The notes beneath the pieces are model-generated. The model was not told where the DNA came from, did no database searches, and was given only the letters and a program-made list of their open reading frames with translations. From positions 124,001 to 188,000 of the forward strand of contig AP026180.1 in the NCBI GenBank assembly GCA_030295235.1: a DNA stretch of 64,000 nucleotides. Direction: 5' to 3'. Below, piece by piece: positions 12,641-23,994 of this stretch. The stretch is from Fistulifera solaris (Eukaryota). The position numbers were made by a program, and so were the translations under genes. The stretch's first letter is position 1; each line of letters opens with the position of its first letter.

Positions 12641-12915
12641 CTTTTCACGTCTCCAGAAAATGTGGGGGTGTGCTTTTTGACGTCTCCAGAAAATGTGGGA
12701 GTGTGCTTTTTCACGTGTCCAGAAAATGTGGGGGTGTGCTTTTTCACCTGTCCAGAAAATGTGGGAGTGTGCTTTTTCACGTGTCCAGAAAATGTGGGGG
12801 TGTGCTTTTTCACCTGTCCAGAAAATGTGGGCGTGTGCTTTTTCACGTTTCCAGAAAATGTGGGGGTGTGCTTTTTCACCTTTCCAGAAAATGTGGGCGT
12901 GTATGCTTTTCCCTG
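12641..12915. repeat. 33-bp minisatellite, 8 copies
   Basis: CCAGAAAATGTGGG(G/A/C)GTGTGCTTTTTCAC.. with the core at 12653, 12686, 12719, 12752, 12785, 12818, 12851 and 12884. Confidence 0.97.
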
Positions 12916-13019
12916 TTTTCATCATTTTCGTTTTTCGCATTCACCTTGCTCTAATTTTTTTATTCCGTAGGTACCAGTATATCATTCTTCTTCGTCGGCA
13001 ATCTTCTCTAGAGCCTACA

Positions 13020-14068
13020 ATGGATCAAGACGATCAACCAAAATGGAGGGACGATCCCAGCGATTCGTTTAGCGACTGGAAAATAGAGATCATCTCACAA
13101 GACGAGAATGAGAAGGGCGAAAAATCCCATCTCTATCATGTTCACAAAATGTTTCTCGCGCACGGATCAAGGCGAAGCGAATACTTCTTTAAACTGTTTC
13201 GAAGTGAAACAGACTTCAAAGAAAACCAGTCGAATATGAGTCAGATCACGCTCGATCCTCTTGCCGCCAAAGCGTTTCCTTGTCTTCTCGATTACATCTA
13301 CGGTGCTAATTTGTGTATCACGACGGAGACGGCTACCGCATTGCACCATTTAGCAGAATATTTTGAGATCAAACCGCTGCAACGCAAGGCGCTGGAATTT
13401 TGGAAGCGGACATCTCAGTGGAGAATGTGCATATCAGTTACGTTCACGCAAAACAGCTGTGCAATGAGCCAGTCATGAGTCTCGTCACGGACTTTTTGAA
13501 GCGAAATATATCGGCTGTACTTCCGACAACTCCCATTGTGGAACAGTCAAGCCCAGATCTATGGTTGAGTGTGCTGGATCTCAATGGCGATCAGGATAAG
13601 ATAGAAATTAAAAACACTGTTCAATTGAGTCAGGTCATTGCCAGAATGTGTATCCGACAACCCAAAGAGACTCTGGATGCGACAACATTTCATACACTTG
13701 CCGACGGATTGACGCGCATTCACTCCAGCGTAGCTTGGGAATTGTCGGAACTGGCGGACGCATATCGTCTTCACGACGAAAAGGTTGAAAATGAGTCGGG
13801 CCTCCCATTGATCCAGGAACGGTGCATTGACTCTCTAGCCACTAAATGGCAAACTTTAGACGGTGCGGATAAAGCTCAGCTTGAAAAAATGAGGCAGAGA
13901 AGCCCAGCATTCCTTGTTGAGCTCTTGGTGCAAACGGTGCGAGAAGCATCTAAGGAAATAGATGCAATGGCGGTTAAACTTGCTGAATGGAAAAGAAAAT
14001 TGAAGGAGCATAATAAGGTCAACAGGAGATATGCGGTGCGCTATCGAAGCGATTCGTCTAGCGATTAG
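13020..14068 (+). CDS. BTB/POZ protein, copy 6 (one frameshift ~13400)
   Basis: MDQDDQPKWRDDPSDSFSDWKIEI...YHVHKMFLAHGSRRSEYFFKLF. Confidence 0.82.
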
Positions 14069-14074
14069 ACGAGA

Positions 14075-14678
14075 CACAATATCACGTGAACATTGCGAAT
14101 ACGGCGGGACAAAAAATATTCTGTAGACATTTCTCGCGCATCGCTTTGAGGAAAAACGCTCACATACGATCCGTATTGAGCTAGAAGTGTTCTCAGCTGG
14201 GACCTTTTTTGTTCTGTTGGACTTTGTCTACGGACACGATACCAGGCGTTTGGCACTAGGGGAGTACTTTGAAACCAAACAATAGAAGCTCGAGTCGTTC
14301 ATCCTGTCAGCAACCAACGTGCACGTTTACGATGTTTCTGCAACACAGCACAGTAATGAGACATTCATGAATCTGACTCTCAACTTTCTGCGAAACAATT
14401 TATATAATGCAGTATCAAAGCATCGCATCGTAAATTCGCCCGATCCTCAACGATGGGTAGATGTTGTACGTTTGTATGACAGTGTTAGGAGTATTCAAAT
14501 GAAGGACTCTCGTCAGCTAAGCAAACTCATTACTAAGCTATGCTTGAATCAAAGTGGAAAGACTTTGGATGTGGAAACTCTTCTAAACTCATCAACCGTT
14601 AATTTCAATCGATTCAGTGTCGCAAATATGTTACTGTACCTGGTAAGGAAGCCGCTGGCGTCCGTCCTTAGTTTTTGA
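14075..14678 (+). pseudogene. Degenerate BTB/POZ copy
   Basis: Remnants corresponding to YHV, LDFVYG, LGEYFE, DPQRWVD and RQLSKLITKLCLNQS, with stops and frameshifts. Confidence 0.6.
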
Positions 14679-14976
14679 ACCAAATATTTGTGATGATTCA
14701 TTCGTACAAAGACGGACGCCAGACGTGTAACAATAATGTCTCGTCGATCTCGTCACGCGGTCATTTCGCAGAAGCGTATCTTTCCTTGGGGAGAGGTCCC
14801 GCATGTCGGTGAGGTCGATCGTCCATCGACGCTTACAAACGTCCGCAGCTCATTGCTGACCAGGTCATCCCGATTCTCTTTCATTTCTGAGATACTTCTT
14901 GGATCTCCTTGCTTCTTTCGCACGGCAAACTATCAACTAGAATTCTTCTTGCAGAAAGCAATTTAGTTTATTGAAA

Positions 14977-15888
14977 ATGGCCCACGAACATCAACTGAAT
15001 TGGCGCGACGCAACGAGCAAATCGTCAAGCGACTGGAAGATAAAGATCACTACAACTACCAATGACCGCACTGCCACGTATCATGTGCACAAAGCAGTCC
15101 TGGCGCACGGACCACGACGCAGCGAATTCTTTGCCGAGATCTTTCAGAACGATTATATGGCCAACGCAATGAATACAAAATCGTCCTTTCAACTCGATTC
15201 TCACGCAGCTCGAGCGTTTCCTGCATTGTTGGATTATATCTACGGTGAGGACTTGAAAATCGATACGAATAATGCTACCGCTTTGCATTATTTGAGCGAG
15301 TTGCTTGGAATGAATCAACTAAAAATCGATTCTCTACAATTTTGTCAAACGAACATGTCATTGGAGAATTTGCATATCTACTACGTTCTTGCAAAACTGC
15401 TTAACGACGCGCAAGTCAAAAATCTCGTCACCGTCTTTTTGAAGATGAACATGCACCACGTACGTCCCGATCATCCCATCGTGGAAGAGTCCGATCCGCA
15501 GCTGTGGATTGATGCTTTGGCGATTCAAGGTCATGCAGAGACGCGAATCGAGGATACCCGCCAGTTGAGCAAGGTCATTGCCAAAATATGCCTTATTTCC
15601 ATGACGTTGGATACGGAGACTTTTGAGCGTCTCGTCGACCCGCTGGCTTGCATCGATTCCAGCGTGGCATTGGATCTGTGTCAATTGGCAGATCATCTTT
15701 ATCCCAAGGATCTGGACTACATTTTGTCGGGTCACCTATTGCTCATGAAACGATGCGTTGAAGCATTGTCAAAGGATCCTAATTTTTTGCGCGAGTTGGA
15801 TCAGCACGAGATGCACATCTTGATGCAGAGAAGCCCGCAGTTTCTTGTGAACCTTTCGTTGGAGACAGTCGCAGGGTATCGCGATTGA
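14977..15888 (+). CDS. BTB/POZ protein, copy 8 (intact)
   Basis: WRDATSKSSSDWKIKI, YHVHKAVLAHGPRRSEFF, AFPALLDYIYG. Confidence 0.85.
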   Translation: MAHEHQLNWRDATSKSSSDWKIKITTTTNDRTATYHVHKAVLAHGPRRSEFFAEIFQNDYMANAMNTKSSFQLDSHAARAFPALLDYIYGEDLKIDTNNATALHYLSELLGMNQLKIDSLQFCQTNMSLENLHIYYVLAKLLNDAQVKNLVTVFLKMNMHHVRPDHPIVEESDPQLWIDALAIQGHAETRIEDTRQLSKVIAKICLISMTLDTETFERLVDPLACIDSSVALDLCQLADHLYPKDLDYILSGHLLLMKRCVEALSKDPNFLRELDQHEMHILMQRSPQFLVNLSLETVAGYRD

Positions 15889-16124
15889 ATAGTGTAAAAG
15901 TGAATGCATTTGCCGTTCGAAAAGATGCGTCCTTTCGTTTTGCATTTCTTCGAGAACGCGCATGGACGTGTGTGTAGTCAATCAAGGATTCGTTGCACGA
16001 ACGGGTTCTCTGAGGTAGTACATACGCCGTAGTACGTATTTCAAGCTATGAACTCCTTGATAGCCCATTCTTTTGTAAAAGCAGCGACAACGAAGTGCCC
16101 TTCGTCATGATCATTGCAGGTGCT

Positions 16125-16354
16125 TTATCGTATATTCAACGGCTTGATGGTCGATTTAAGAGAAAACCAGGTCAAAGGAGCCGGTGCATTGTTATCATTT
16201 GTCGTATCGTGAAGTATTTGAACATGACAGACGGTAGGAGGACGAGAACAAGGCGTTTGCAGGAACTTCTGCAAGCTCCAGTCGCGACGATGAATCCAGT
16301 TGGCTGGCTGCTGGAGAGGAGAAGCAGCTGACGCGCCGACTACACCGATGCTGA
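16125..16354 (-). pseudogene. 3' part of p31comet/MAD2L1BP-like gene, separated from its 5' part by the Harbinger element
   Basis: In frame with 19697-20288 once the element and one TSD are removed: ...RQRLFL|SIGVVG...NWIHRRDW...LTWFSLKSTIKPLNIR*. Confidence 0.75.
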
Positions 16355-16616
16355 GGGCCCAAACTATCGGACGAAAAATCTGTCCATGGACGCGTCCATG
16401 GGCTCATTTTCGTCTGTTCTCATCCGTTTTTTGACTTTTTGAATGTCCGCATGGACGCTTCGAGCGTCCATGGACGTCCATGGGTCCACCGTCCATGGAA
16501 CGGATTTTCAGAACAAAATCGCACCTTTTCTCATTATTTTTCGTGCGGTACTAAGCAAACATTTCATCGTCATCTCTCTTCAATCGCACAAATCCATCGT
16601 TCTTTCATCAATTACA

Positions 16617-18085
16617 ATGTCTACCATCAATTCTATTGCAAGTAGTGATAAAGACAGCAGCGACTGCGAGAGCATGAACACCGCTATGCAGATCGCGATT
16701 GCGCAAGGCGACATTATGATGTCGACGACGCAAGGCAACGTGTCACGCAACACCGATAATGCGCCACCTCCGGATGTTGTTGAAGTCGCTCCCCCGCCCC
16801 CACCACCACCCCTTTCTGCAAGAAGAGGAACTGCTTTTGACCCAGAGACGTTTTCAAAGCTTACAATGGCTGATGTGGTCCTTGGTGATCAGCCGATCTA
16901 CAGGTATGACATGAGCAAGAAGCACGCGATGTCCCGCTTGATCAGTATTGGTCCCTATCCTATTCTTGATATCAAAGTTGATTTTCTACGACCATGGGCG
17001 GGAAAATACGACATAAAGGGGAAAAAAACCCAAGGGTGATTTGGTGCAAGCCATCATTGACAACAAAGAGAATAAGGGTTATAAACCCAAGCCTGCTCCA
17101 AGTGCGGCACCGACGCTCACTACTGCAGGTTTTTTTCAACAAAATTCGCATGGTAAATGCGATGGTCGATCCTTCGGTCGATAATTTGCTTGACTGGAAG
17201 AAGAGTAAGACGGCTGCTGAGATGACCGAGAAACAGCCGATCGGAGAAAAGTGTCTGCAACAGGTCAAATCTTTGTACAACGACAAAGAAAAGTGCAATG
17301 AACCGGTCAAAGAGTTTTCTTGGAAATCGGCAAAACACGATGCTGGTGAATTTTTTGCAAGTCTCGACTTCACACTGTCAAAGCATCTCACTACGGTTCA
17401 TGATGTGCACGCAAAGATGAACGCACTTACGATGGAATACAATCAAGCTTATCAAAAATGGAAAGGCAAGACTAAGCGCTCGGGGCAACATGACGACACA
17501 GCGAAAGTACCTTTTGAAGACATGTATTTCAACACGCCGTGGCTTGTTTATTGTCATTCTGTTGCAGAGAAGCATCCGATCCTTGCTCAGACTACGCGTC
17601 GCGAGTTTCCACCAGGTGTAGGAGTGTGCTCGACCGATCCCCGTACCGCGGTAAAGCCACCACCGCAGAAGAAGGCAAAGAAAGCAGCGCCAACTGAAGC
17701 GATTGCTATTGATGAAGAGCTTGTTGAGTCATCGAAAGATGTAGCAAAACAAGTGGCTGCATTATTGGAGGAAACCAAGAAGAAGAACTTGCGTGAGCAA
17801 AAAGATAACTTGGCAAAGCAGGTAAAGGAGCGTGAGGCGGAAGTTCGCGATATTCTCGAAAAGAAAGGCAAAACGGGACGCTCGGCTTACAAATCCTACA
17901 AGGAGAAAGCAGTCAAGAAGCTTGCAAGCAAAGCTGCAGCTGAAACTTCAGATGACGGCATCGCTCTCACCCAGAACTCGGTGAAGACGGATACAACCGA
18001 GTTCAGTGTCATCAAGGATTTGTTTTCGAAAGAGAACGAGAAACAGCAGGTCGAACGTGAGCTCGAGGAACTGATCAAGAAATAG
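16617..18085 (+). CDS. Harbinger accessory ORF (putative Myb/SANT-like DNA-binding protein with coiled-coil tail)
   Basis: Lies inside the TIRs, convergent with the transposase. Continuous if two homopolymer frameshifts (~17025, ~17132) are corrected. Function is inferred from Harbinger architecture. Confidence 0.7.
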
Positions 18086-18140
18086 ATAGTATTCTAATTT
18101 CTCTTACATATAAGAGTTTCATTACACCACTCTGTGAAGG

Positions 18141-19394
18141 CTAATGGTTGTTGTTTGCGTTGCGAATGAGGTTGTGTAAGGGCCGAACAAGTTGGGGGTC
18201 TTCACTGATGAGTTGCACAAGCAGACCGCGCCGAACGGATGATGAGGCAAGCGGATCTGGACCTTCTACTTCGTCTCCGACAAATTGAGGCTGGTTCGCA
18301 TGAATTAAGCCACCTTCGTGCTCAACAAGCCGATCTTCGTAATCAATTTCCACATTATCGTTGTCAATGACGAAATTGTGTAGCATGCAGCTCACCATAA
18401 AGATTCGTTGGACCTTTTTGTGGCCGTATGCCATCTTACCTCGAAAGATACGATATTTCGTCGTTAGGCGACCAAAAGTCATCTCGATTCGAATCCTCAG
18501 CTGAGAAAGAAAGAAGTTGTAATTTTTCTGAGCTTCCGTCAAGCCATTGCCGCTAAAAGGGATAAGAGAATAGTTTGTGAGTGGGTATGCGGAGTCGGCC
18601 ACTATATAGAAGTCCTTATCAAGCTCATCTCTTGCAAGTCCACGGAGCCAATCAGTGAGGGCCGGAGACATATCCAAAGCAACACTGTCGCTTGTCTTGC
18701 CTGGGGCAGCCACATTTGCGTAGGTAAATCGCAAGTTCGGATCGCACATGCACTGAGTGTTGATTCCATAGCAACCGTAATGCTCCGACCAATAGTCTCG
18801 GCATACTGTCGACTTCGGCTTGTCAACTGCGATCATATACCCATCTAAGCATCCAACAACCCCGTAGAACACTCCTTTTGCATCGCTATGTTCATTAAAG
18901 CCCACCGCGGCAGCCGTGAGCTCATCTTTTGTTTTCGGCAGCTGCAACCACAGCTCCGGTGTATTGAGACATGCATTAAAGAACTTATCGAGGACTCGAT
19001 CAATGGAGGCTCGTCGGGGACCGAACACATCTTCCAAACTCTTCTCCTTCTCCCCTCCAAGGAACCGAAGGCTCATTGCAACCACCATTTCCGGCGAAAT
19101 GTAAAGCGATGGGTCGCCAGTCGAGTTGAGAGATTTCGTTTTGTTGAAGACGATTTTTTCTCCAAGAAGATGCACCAGATATTGAAATGACGAGTACGTC
19201 ATATGATATCGGTTCGCGAAGCCAGAATCACGACATTCGTAAAGGTGTTGATTGAATACCTTTCGGGCGATGTGAATCTTTGCGTCTCGCGTCTTTGATT
19301 CTTGTAAACGTCGTCGACGACGGATTCTCCGCACCGTCAAAGTACTGAGTTGAAACTGCAGTTGAATGATTTGCAACAATAGCAAGTCGTCCAT
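18141..19394 (-). CDS. Harbinger/HARBI1-type DDE transposase (DDE_Tnp_4)
   Basis: Uninterrupted ORF with YHMTYSSFQYLVHLL, ISPEMVVAMSLRFLGG, VVGCLDG, PGKTSD, IVADSAYPL, YNFFLSQLRIRIEMTFGRL and CMLHNF. Confidence 0.95.
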   Translation of the reverse strand: MDDLLLLQIIQLQFQLSTLTVRRIRRRRRLQESKTRDAKIHIARKVFNQHLYECRDSGFANRYHMTYSSFQYLVHLLGEKIVFNKTKSLNSTGDPSLYISPEMVVAMSLRFLGGEKEKSLEDVFGPRRASIDRVLDKFFNACLNTPELWLQLPKTKDELTAAAVGFNEHSDAKGVFYGVVGCLDGYMIAVDKPKSTVCRDYWSEHYGCYGINTQCMCDPNLRFTYANVAAPGKTSDSVALDMSPALTDWLRGLARDELDKDFYIVADSAYPLTNYSLIPFSGNGLTEAQKNYNFFLSQLRIRIEMTFGRLTTKYRIFRGKMAYGHKKVQRIFMVSCMLHNFVIDNDNVEIDYEDRLVEHEGGLIHANQPQFVGDEVEGPDPLASSSVRRGLLVQLISEDPQLVRPLHNLIRNANNNH

Positions 19395-19696
19395 TGTTTC
19401 ATAAGAGAATAATTCATAAAGAAACAAATGAATGATTTGTAATGGGCGACGAATGATTGATGAAATGATTTGAATAGATAAATGCCTTCGAATGAAAAAA
19501 TTGATGCCATTTTTCCAAGGCATTTGTAAGGGAGAAAAGAAGATTTTTACTTAAGAAATTTCGATGTCGTAGAGATATTCCACCCAAGGCCATGGACGTC
19601 AAAATTTTTTGATAACATGCCGTCCGTCCATTCGTCCATGCCCGATGGCCGTGGACGTGTGTCCATGGACAAAAAAAATTTCGATAGTTTGGGCCC

Positions 19697-20288
19697 TGAG
19701 AAACAATCGTTGTCGAGGTGATGAATTTGTAGTAGCTGCACCATCGTGTTGCATTATCGTTCGTATGACTTTGCGAGCCAACGGCGCCTCGTCCTCTAGT
19801 ACTCGAGCATGCACATCGAGAAGACACGAAGCATCGATCCAATAGAGAGTCCGCGGACGAGCAAACGAAGTCCCATAGCTCAGTAATATACATTTGACAT
19901 GTGAGGAATGCAATTCGTTTCGCAGTGCTTCATCAAAATGTTGTATTTGTTGTCGCAATCGCATCCTCTTTGGTAGTACTCGATGTGGTTGTGTCACTTC
20001 TGTCGGAATCGACAAAAGCTCTTCGATCGACCACGGTGAGAAACCGCGCGTACATAGGAGATGTCGAAAGATAGCTTGTGCGGATGTACGAAGCACCGCG
20101 GATGATGCGAGCGGGCGAGGCAGCATCAGATCGAGAGTGATGATCGACGGACCCGTCTTGTGAGAAGGACGCGTTCGTCGACGGCATTTCGTTGCGGTAG
20201 ATCGTTTGCGTCGTTCGATTGCTATATTATCAGTGGTAATATTATCAGCTTTCATAGTAAATTTGTTTCTCTCATTGTTTGAAGCCAT
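19697..20288 (-). pseudogene. 5' part of p31comet/MAD2L1BP-like HORMA gene, interrupted by Harbinger
   Basis: AIFRHLLCTRGFSPWSIEELL, CILLSYGTSFARPRTLYWID, LARKVIRTIM and PRQRLFL resemble p31comet blocks. Family recognised by eye. Confidence 0.65.
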
Positions 20289-20621
20289 CAGACCATTGTT
20301 TGAGAGAGTTGTTGTGACGGGTTTTTAATTGTGCCCCATAAAATCTGTTGAAGTGGTGTTTTCACATCTCCATAAAATCTGAGTGTGTTGTTGTTACGTG
20401 CTTCGTCGTGGGTCGTGGGTCGTGGCTCTTAGGTACCAGGTATCTTTGTTTAAAACGTCCTCTCACCTTTGCTCTGAACGCGCGATAAGGTTAGGCACTA
20501 CTTTACGTAGTACAGTACCTGGTATTTTTCCCCCGCACGACACAAGCACGACACGACGCGCAAAATCAACAAGCCTGTTTTTCTTCGATCCTTTAGTCAA
20601 ACAACTTTTCAAAGTGAAATC

Positions 20622-21901
20622 ATGTCGAACAACACCACGAATAACAGCATTTTCTTGCTTGGTCTAGTTCCTCCGTGCCTACGCAATTACTGGCCCGAGC
20701 AAGTGGCTTATTGGCGTAAAGGGGGCCGTTCTCCGACGTACATGCTGCTAAAGGATCCAGCCGACCTCGATGATCTCAGCAAATACGATTTTAATCTTGC
20801 CATTTGGCGAGACAACGGAACTCTGACTTATGTGTCGCCAAATAGTGCCCGCCAGGACAGCCCCTGTCTTGGTGAAAGATATCTTCTTTACACTTTGAAG
20901 ATCACGGACTTAACGTGTTGTACATTGTCGGAAGGACGAAAGAGGTAATGAAGGAAACAGCCGCATACTTCATGTCCAAGAAGAGGTACGGAACCAAAAA
21001 CTGCACTAGCGGGTCAAATGAATTGTCGAACAAAAGCATGGATACCAGCGTAGTTTTGCTTGGGATGATTCCTCCGTACCTTCTCAAGCCTGAACAAGTG
21101 CCTCATTGGTCTTTAGGGGGTCGTTCTCCGACGTACATGCTGCTTAATAATACATTTGATCTCGATGAACTCAATAGTTACGATGACAATCTAGCCATTT
21201 GGTGCAACAACGGAACGCTTACTTATGTGTCTCCAAAACGTGCGCGCAGGGATTTTCCGCGTCTCGGTGAAATAATCCTTTCTCTACACTTCGAAGACCA
21301 AGGTCTTCATTTGTATATTGTCGGAGAGACGAACGAGGCAATGAAGGAAACAGCCGATTTCTTCAAGACCAAGTCAGGGTAAGGTAAACTACAACTGCTA
21401 TAGCGGATCAAATATTCGTTTTGTCTAACCATGCAAGTCGAAAAGTGGAATCATGTTGAGCGAAAGCACGGATAACAGCCTCCTTTTGCTTGGAATGATT
21501 CCTCCGTACCTTCGCACGCCCGATCAAGTGCCCCATTGGCAAAAGGAGGCAGTTCTCCAACGTACATGCTGATGAAAAGTACATTTGATCTCTTTGAACT
21601 TTTCAAATACAAGGAAAATCTGGCAATTTGGTGCGACAACGGAACGCTAACCTACGTGTTACCAAACCAAAGTTACCGAACTTACTCTTTCTGGGAGTAT
21701 TATGGGCGTTCAAATCGAGACAGCCAAAACTCTCCGCTTCTCGATATAAGCTGTCATTTTCGATACTTTGCAGACCGGGGTCTTCATATGTTCATAGTCG
21801 GAGAAACGGAAGAAGGAATAAAAGAAACCGCCGATTTCTTTGAATACAAAAGGTACGATAACTACAACAGTAATAGTAGAACAAAAATTCGTGTTGTCTA
21901 A
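20622..21901 (+). repeat. Three tandem copies of a ~130-aa N-terminal module of the downstream gene family
   Basis: LLGMIPPYL..PEQVPHW..GG.SPTYMLL...NLAIW.DNGTLTYVSP...L.IVGET.E.MKETA.FF, starting at ~20622, ~21030 and 21453. Confidence 0.85.
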
Positions 21902-21925
21902 CCATAAAAATCTTAAAGTGCGACC

Positions 21926-23391
21926 ATGTTCAGCGAAAGCACGGATACCAGCCTCTTTTTGCTTGGAATGATTCCTCCTTACCTTCGCAGGCCCGAGCAA
22001 GTTCCTCATTGGCGTAAAGGGGGTCATTCTCCCACGTACATGCTGCTGAAAGATCCAGCCGATCTCGATGAGCTCAATAAATACAACTACAATCTGGCTA
22101 TTTGGCGCGACAACGGAACGCTTACATATCTGTCTCCGAATACTGCCCACCAGGACAGTCCGCGCCTTGGTGAACGATTCCTTTATCTGAAAGCCGAAGA
22201 CCATGGTCTACACTTGTACATTGTTGGCGAGACGGACGAGGCAATGGCGGGAACGGCTGCTTTCTTCTTGAATTTGGAGGGAAAGAAACTCGAGAGCTCA
22301 TCGTCACTCGAAGCGTGTACTTTCAATTTTACTTTTGATTTTCAGGCTGGACCTGGTTGCCTGAGGCATATTTTTGAGGCAAACAATAAAAAGCAACTAA
22401 CTGCTCTGGCAGATAGCCGTTGCCACATGCGTTTGCATTTTCATGCATGTCACTTTGATGACAAAGGTAGAGCGCTTCTTGATGTGATTCAGGATAAAAG
22501 GTCAACATTTGACGTATTGCTGTCGAAGGGATGTACAGGCTTGACCAGTCACAATTTGAAACGCCTTGTACACGTCAACACGATGAAGCGCTTGACTCTA
22601 CCCTGCTTGAGCAAAAACATTGCGCTTCTTCCTTTTTCTGCGCAAGTTGAATATCTCGACTACAGCATATCTTCGTCGGTGCTGGAAAAAGTGATAGGGT
22701 CGGTGGACATTGCGACAACCAGAATCTCGCTAACCATACACCATGACAGCGGAACCTTTCCAACGGCATGTATGATTTCGTTGTTTCGGCGTTTAGCTGA
22801 TTTGAAGCATCTGCTGGAGTTGAGAATCAGACTCAATTTTGTGCTCATTCGTACACATCGTACGATACCCGATTGCGTTGTACAAGAATTGCTACTCGCC
22901 ACACTCGCAAACGAGAAGCTGGAGCGTCTTGATTTAGGCGATAGCACGAGGCATTTCGATTGGGCGCCGCACATCAATGCACTTTTGAAGGTGTCCAGTC
23001 TCACAAAAATCTTTGTTCCTTTATAATTGATGTATACAATGATCATGAACTATTCGCCTCCAATTGTTCCTCGCTTCGGCAGCTGCTTACGGCGAACAGA
23101 AGAATCAGAGTGACGAATGGAAATGGATTACTTTGCTGTTGCGGTGTCATGTTTAATTCTGACATCAAAGAGCTATATTCATTCAATGGCTTCTATTGTG
23201 GTTCGGCAGATCTCACAATGGATCCACCATCGGACCGGCTTTCTTTGGTGACAACAGCCTTGTCAAAAAGTGCTTCCTTTAATTTCCAGCGATCTGCTGT
23301 TTTGTTAGCGAATCATGTCGATGTGCTGTATGAACTTTTGCCGTCGGCTATTGCTTACCACGTACCGATACACGAGCATGTCTTTCCGTGA
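21926..23391 (+). CDS. Lineage-expanded hypothetical protein (N-terminal module + degenerate LRR/RNI-like region), copy A
   Basis: ORFs 21926-23026 and 22960-23391 joined by a frameshift; LADLKHLLELRIRL, NEKLERLDLG. Confidence 0.7.
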
Positions 23392-23434
23392 TAAACAAGC
23401 GGAAACGAAGAGGAAAAGTTTTGCGTTTCATTCT

Positions 23435-23770
23435 GCATGGACGGGCTCACTGAGTTTTAATACATAGTACATATTGCATTCTGAGCTTCTTGACAGCCCA
23501 TATTCTCTGTAGATCTGCTGTAGATAGCAGCGACAACGAAGAGCCTTTCATCCCAACCCATGCAGTTGCTTTATTTTATTTTCAACGGTTTGATAGTCGA
23601 TTTAAGAGAAAACCAGGTCAACTGATCCGGTGGATTGTAATCATTTGTCGTATCGTGAAGTATTTGAACATGACAGACGGTAGGAGGACGAGGGCAAGGC
23701 GTTTGCAGAAACTTCTGATAGCTCCAGTCGCGGCGATGAATCCAGTTGGCTGACTGCTGGAGAGGAGATG
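23435..23770 (-). pseudogene. Duplicated 3' fragment of the p31comet-like gene with its downstream flank
   Basis: Close nucleotide match to ~15990-16320; reads SPLQQSANWIHRRDW...LTWFSLKSTIKPLKIK*. Confidence 0.8.
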
Positions 23771-23994
23771 CGCGTTCATATCGTGAATGCAAGAACTTTC
23801 CGCTTTTAGAAAAAGGATGTCATTGTAAATACTTCGAGGAGCAGGGTCTTCAGTTGTACATTGTTGGAGAGACGGTTAAGGCAATGAAGGAAACAGCCGA
23901 TTTTTTCAAATCCAAGACAAGGTACGGTTGCTACAACTGCAATAGTGGATCAAATGTTCGTTGTGTCTAACCATGAAAGAAATAAAGTGCAATC

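Larger units (their letters stand above)
16355..19696. mobile_element. Autonomous PIF/Harbinger DNA transposon, 3,342 bp
   Basis: Perfect 15-bp TIRs GGGCCCAAACTATCG (16355-16369 and 19682-19696). 3-bp TSD TGA (16352-16354 and 19697-19699). Subterminal GTCCATGGAC motifs and two convergent ORFs. Confidence 0.95.

Noticed and set aside
12641..12915. 33-bp repeats as a CRISPR array or repeat-protein gene
   Set aside because: The units are contiguous with no unique spacers, and no cas genes are present. ORFs in several frames on both strands are a by-product of a stop-free 33-mer.
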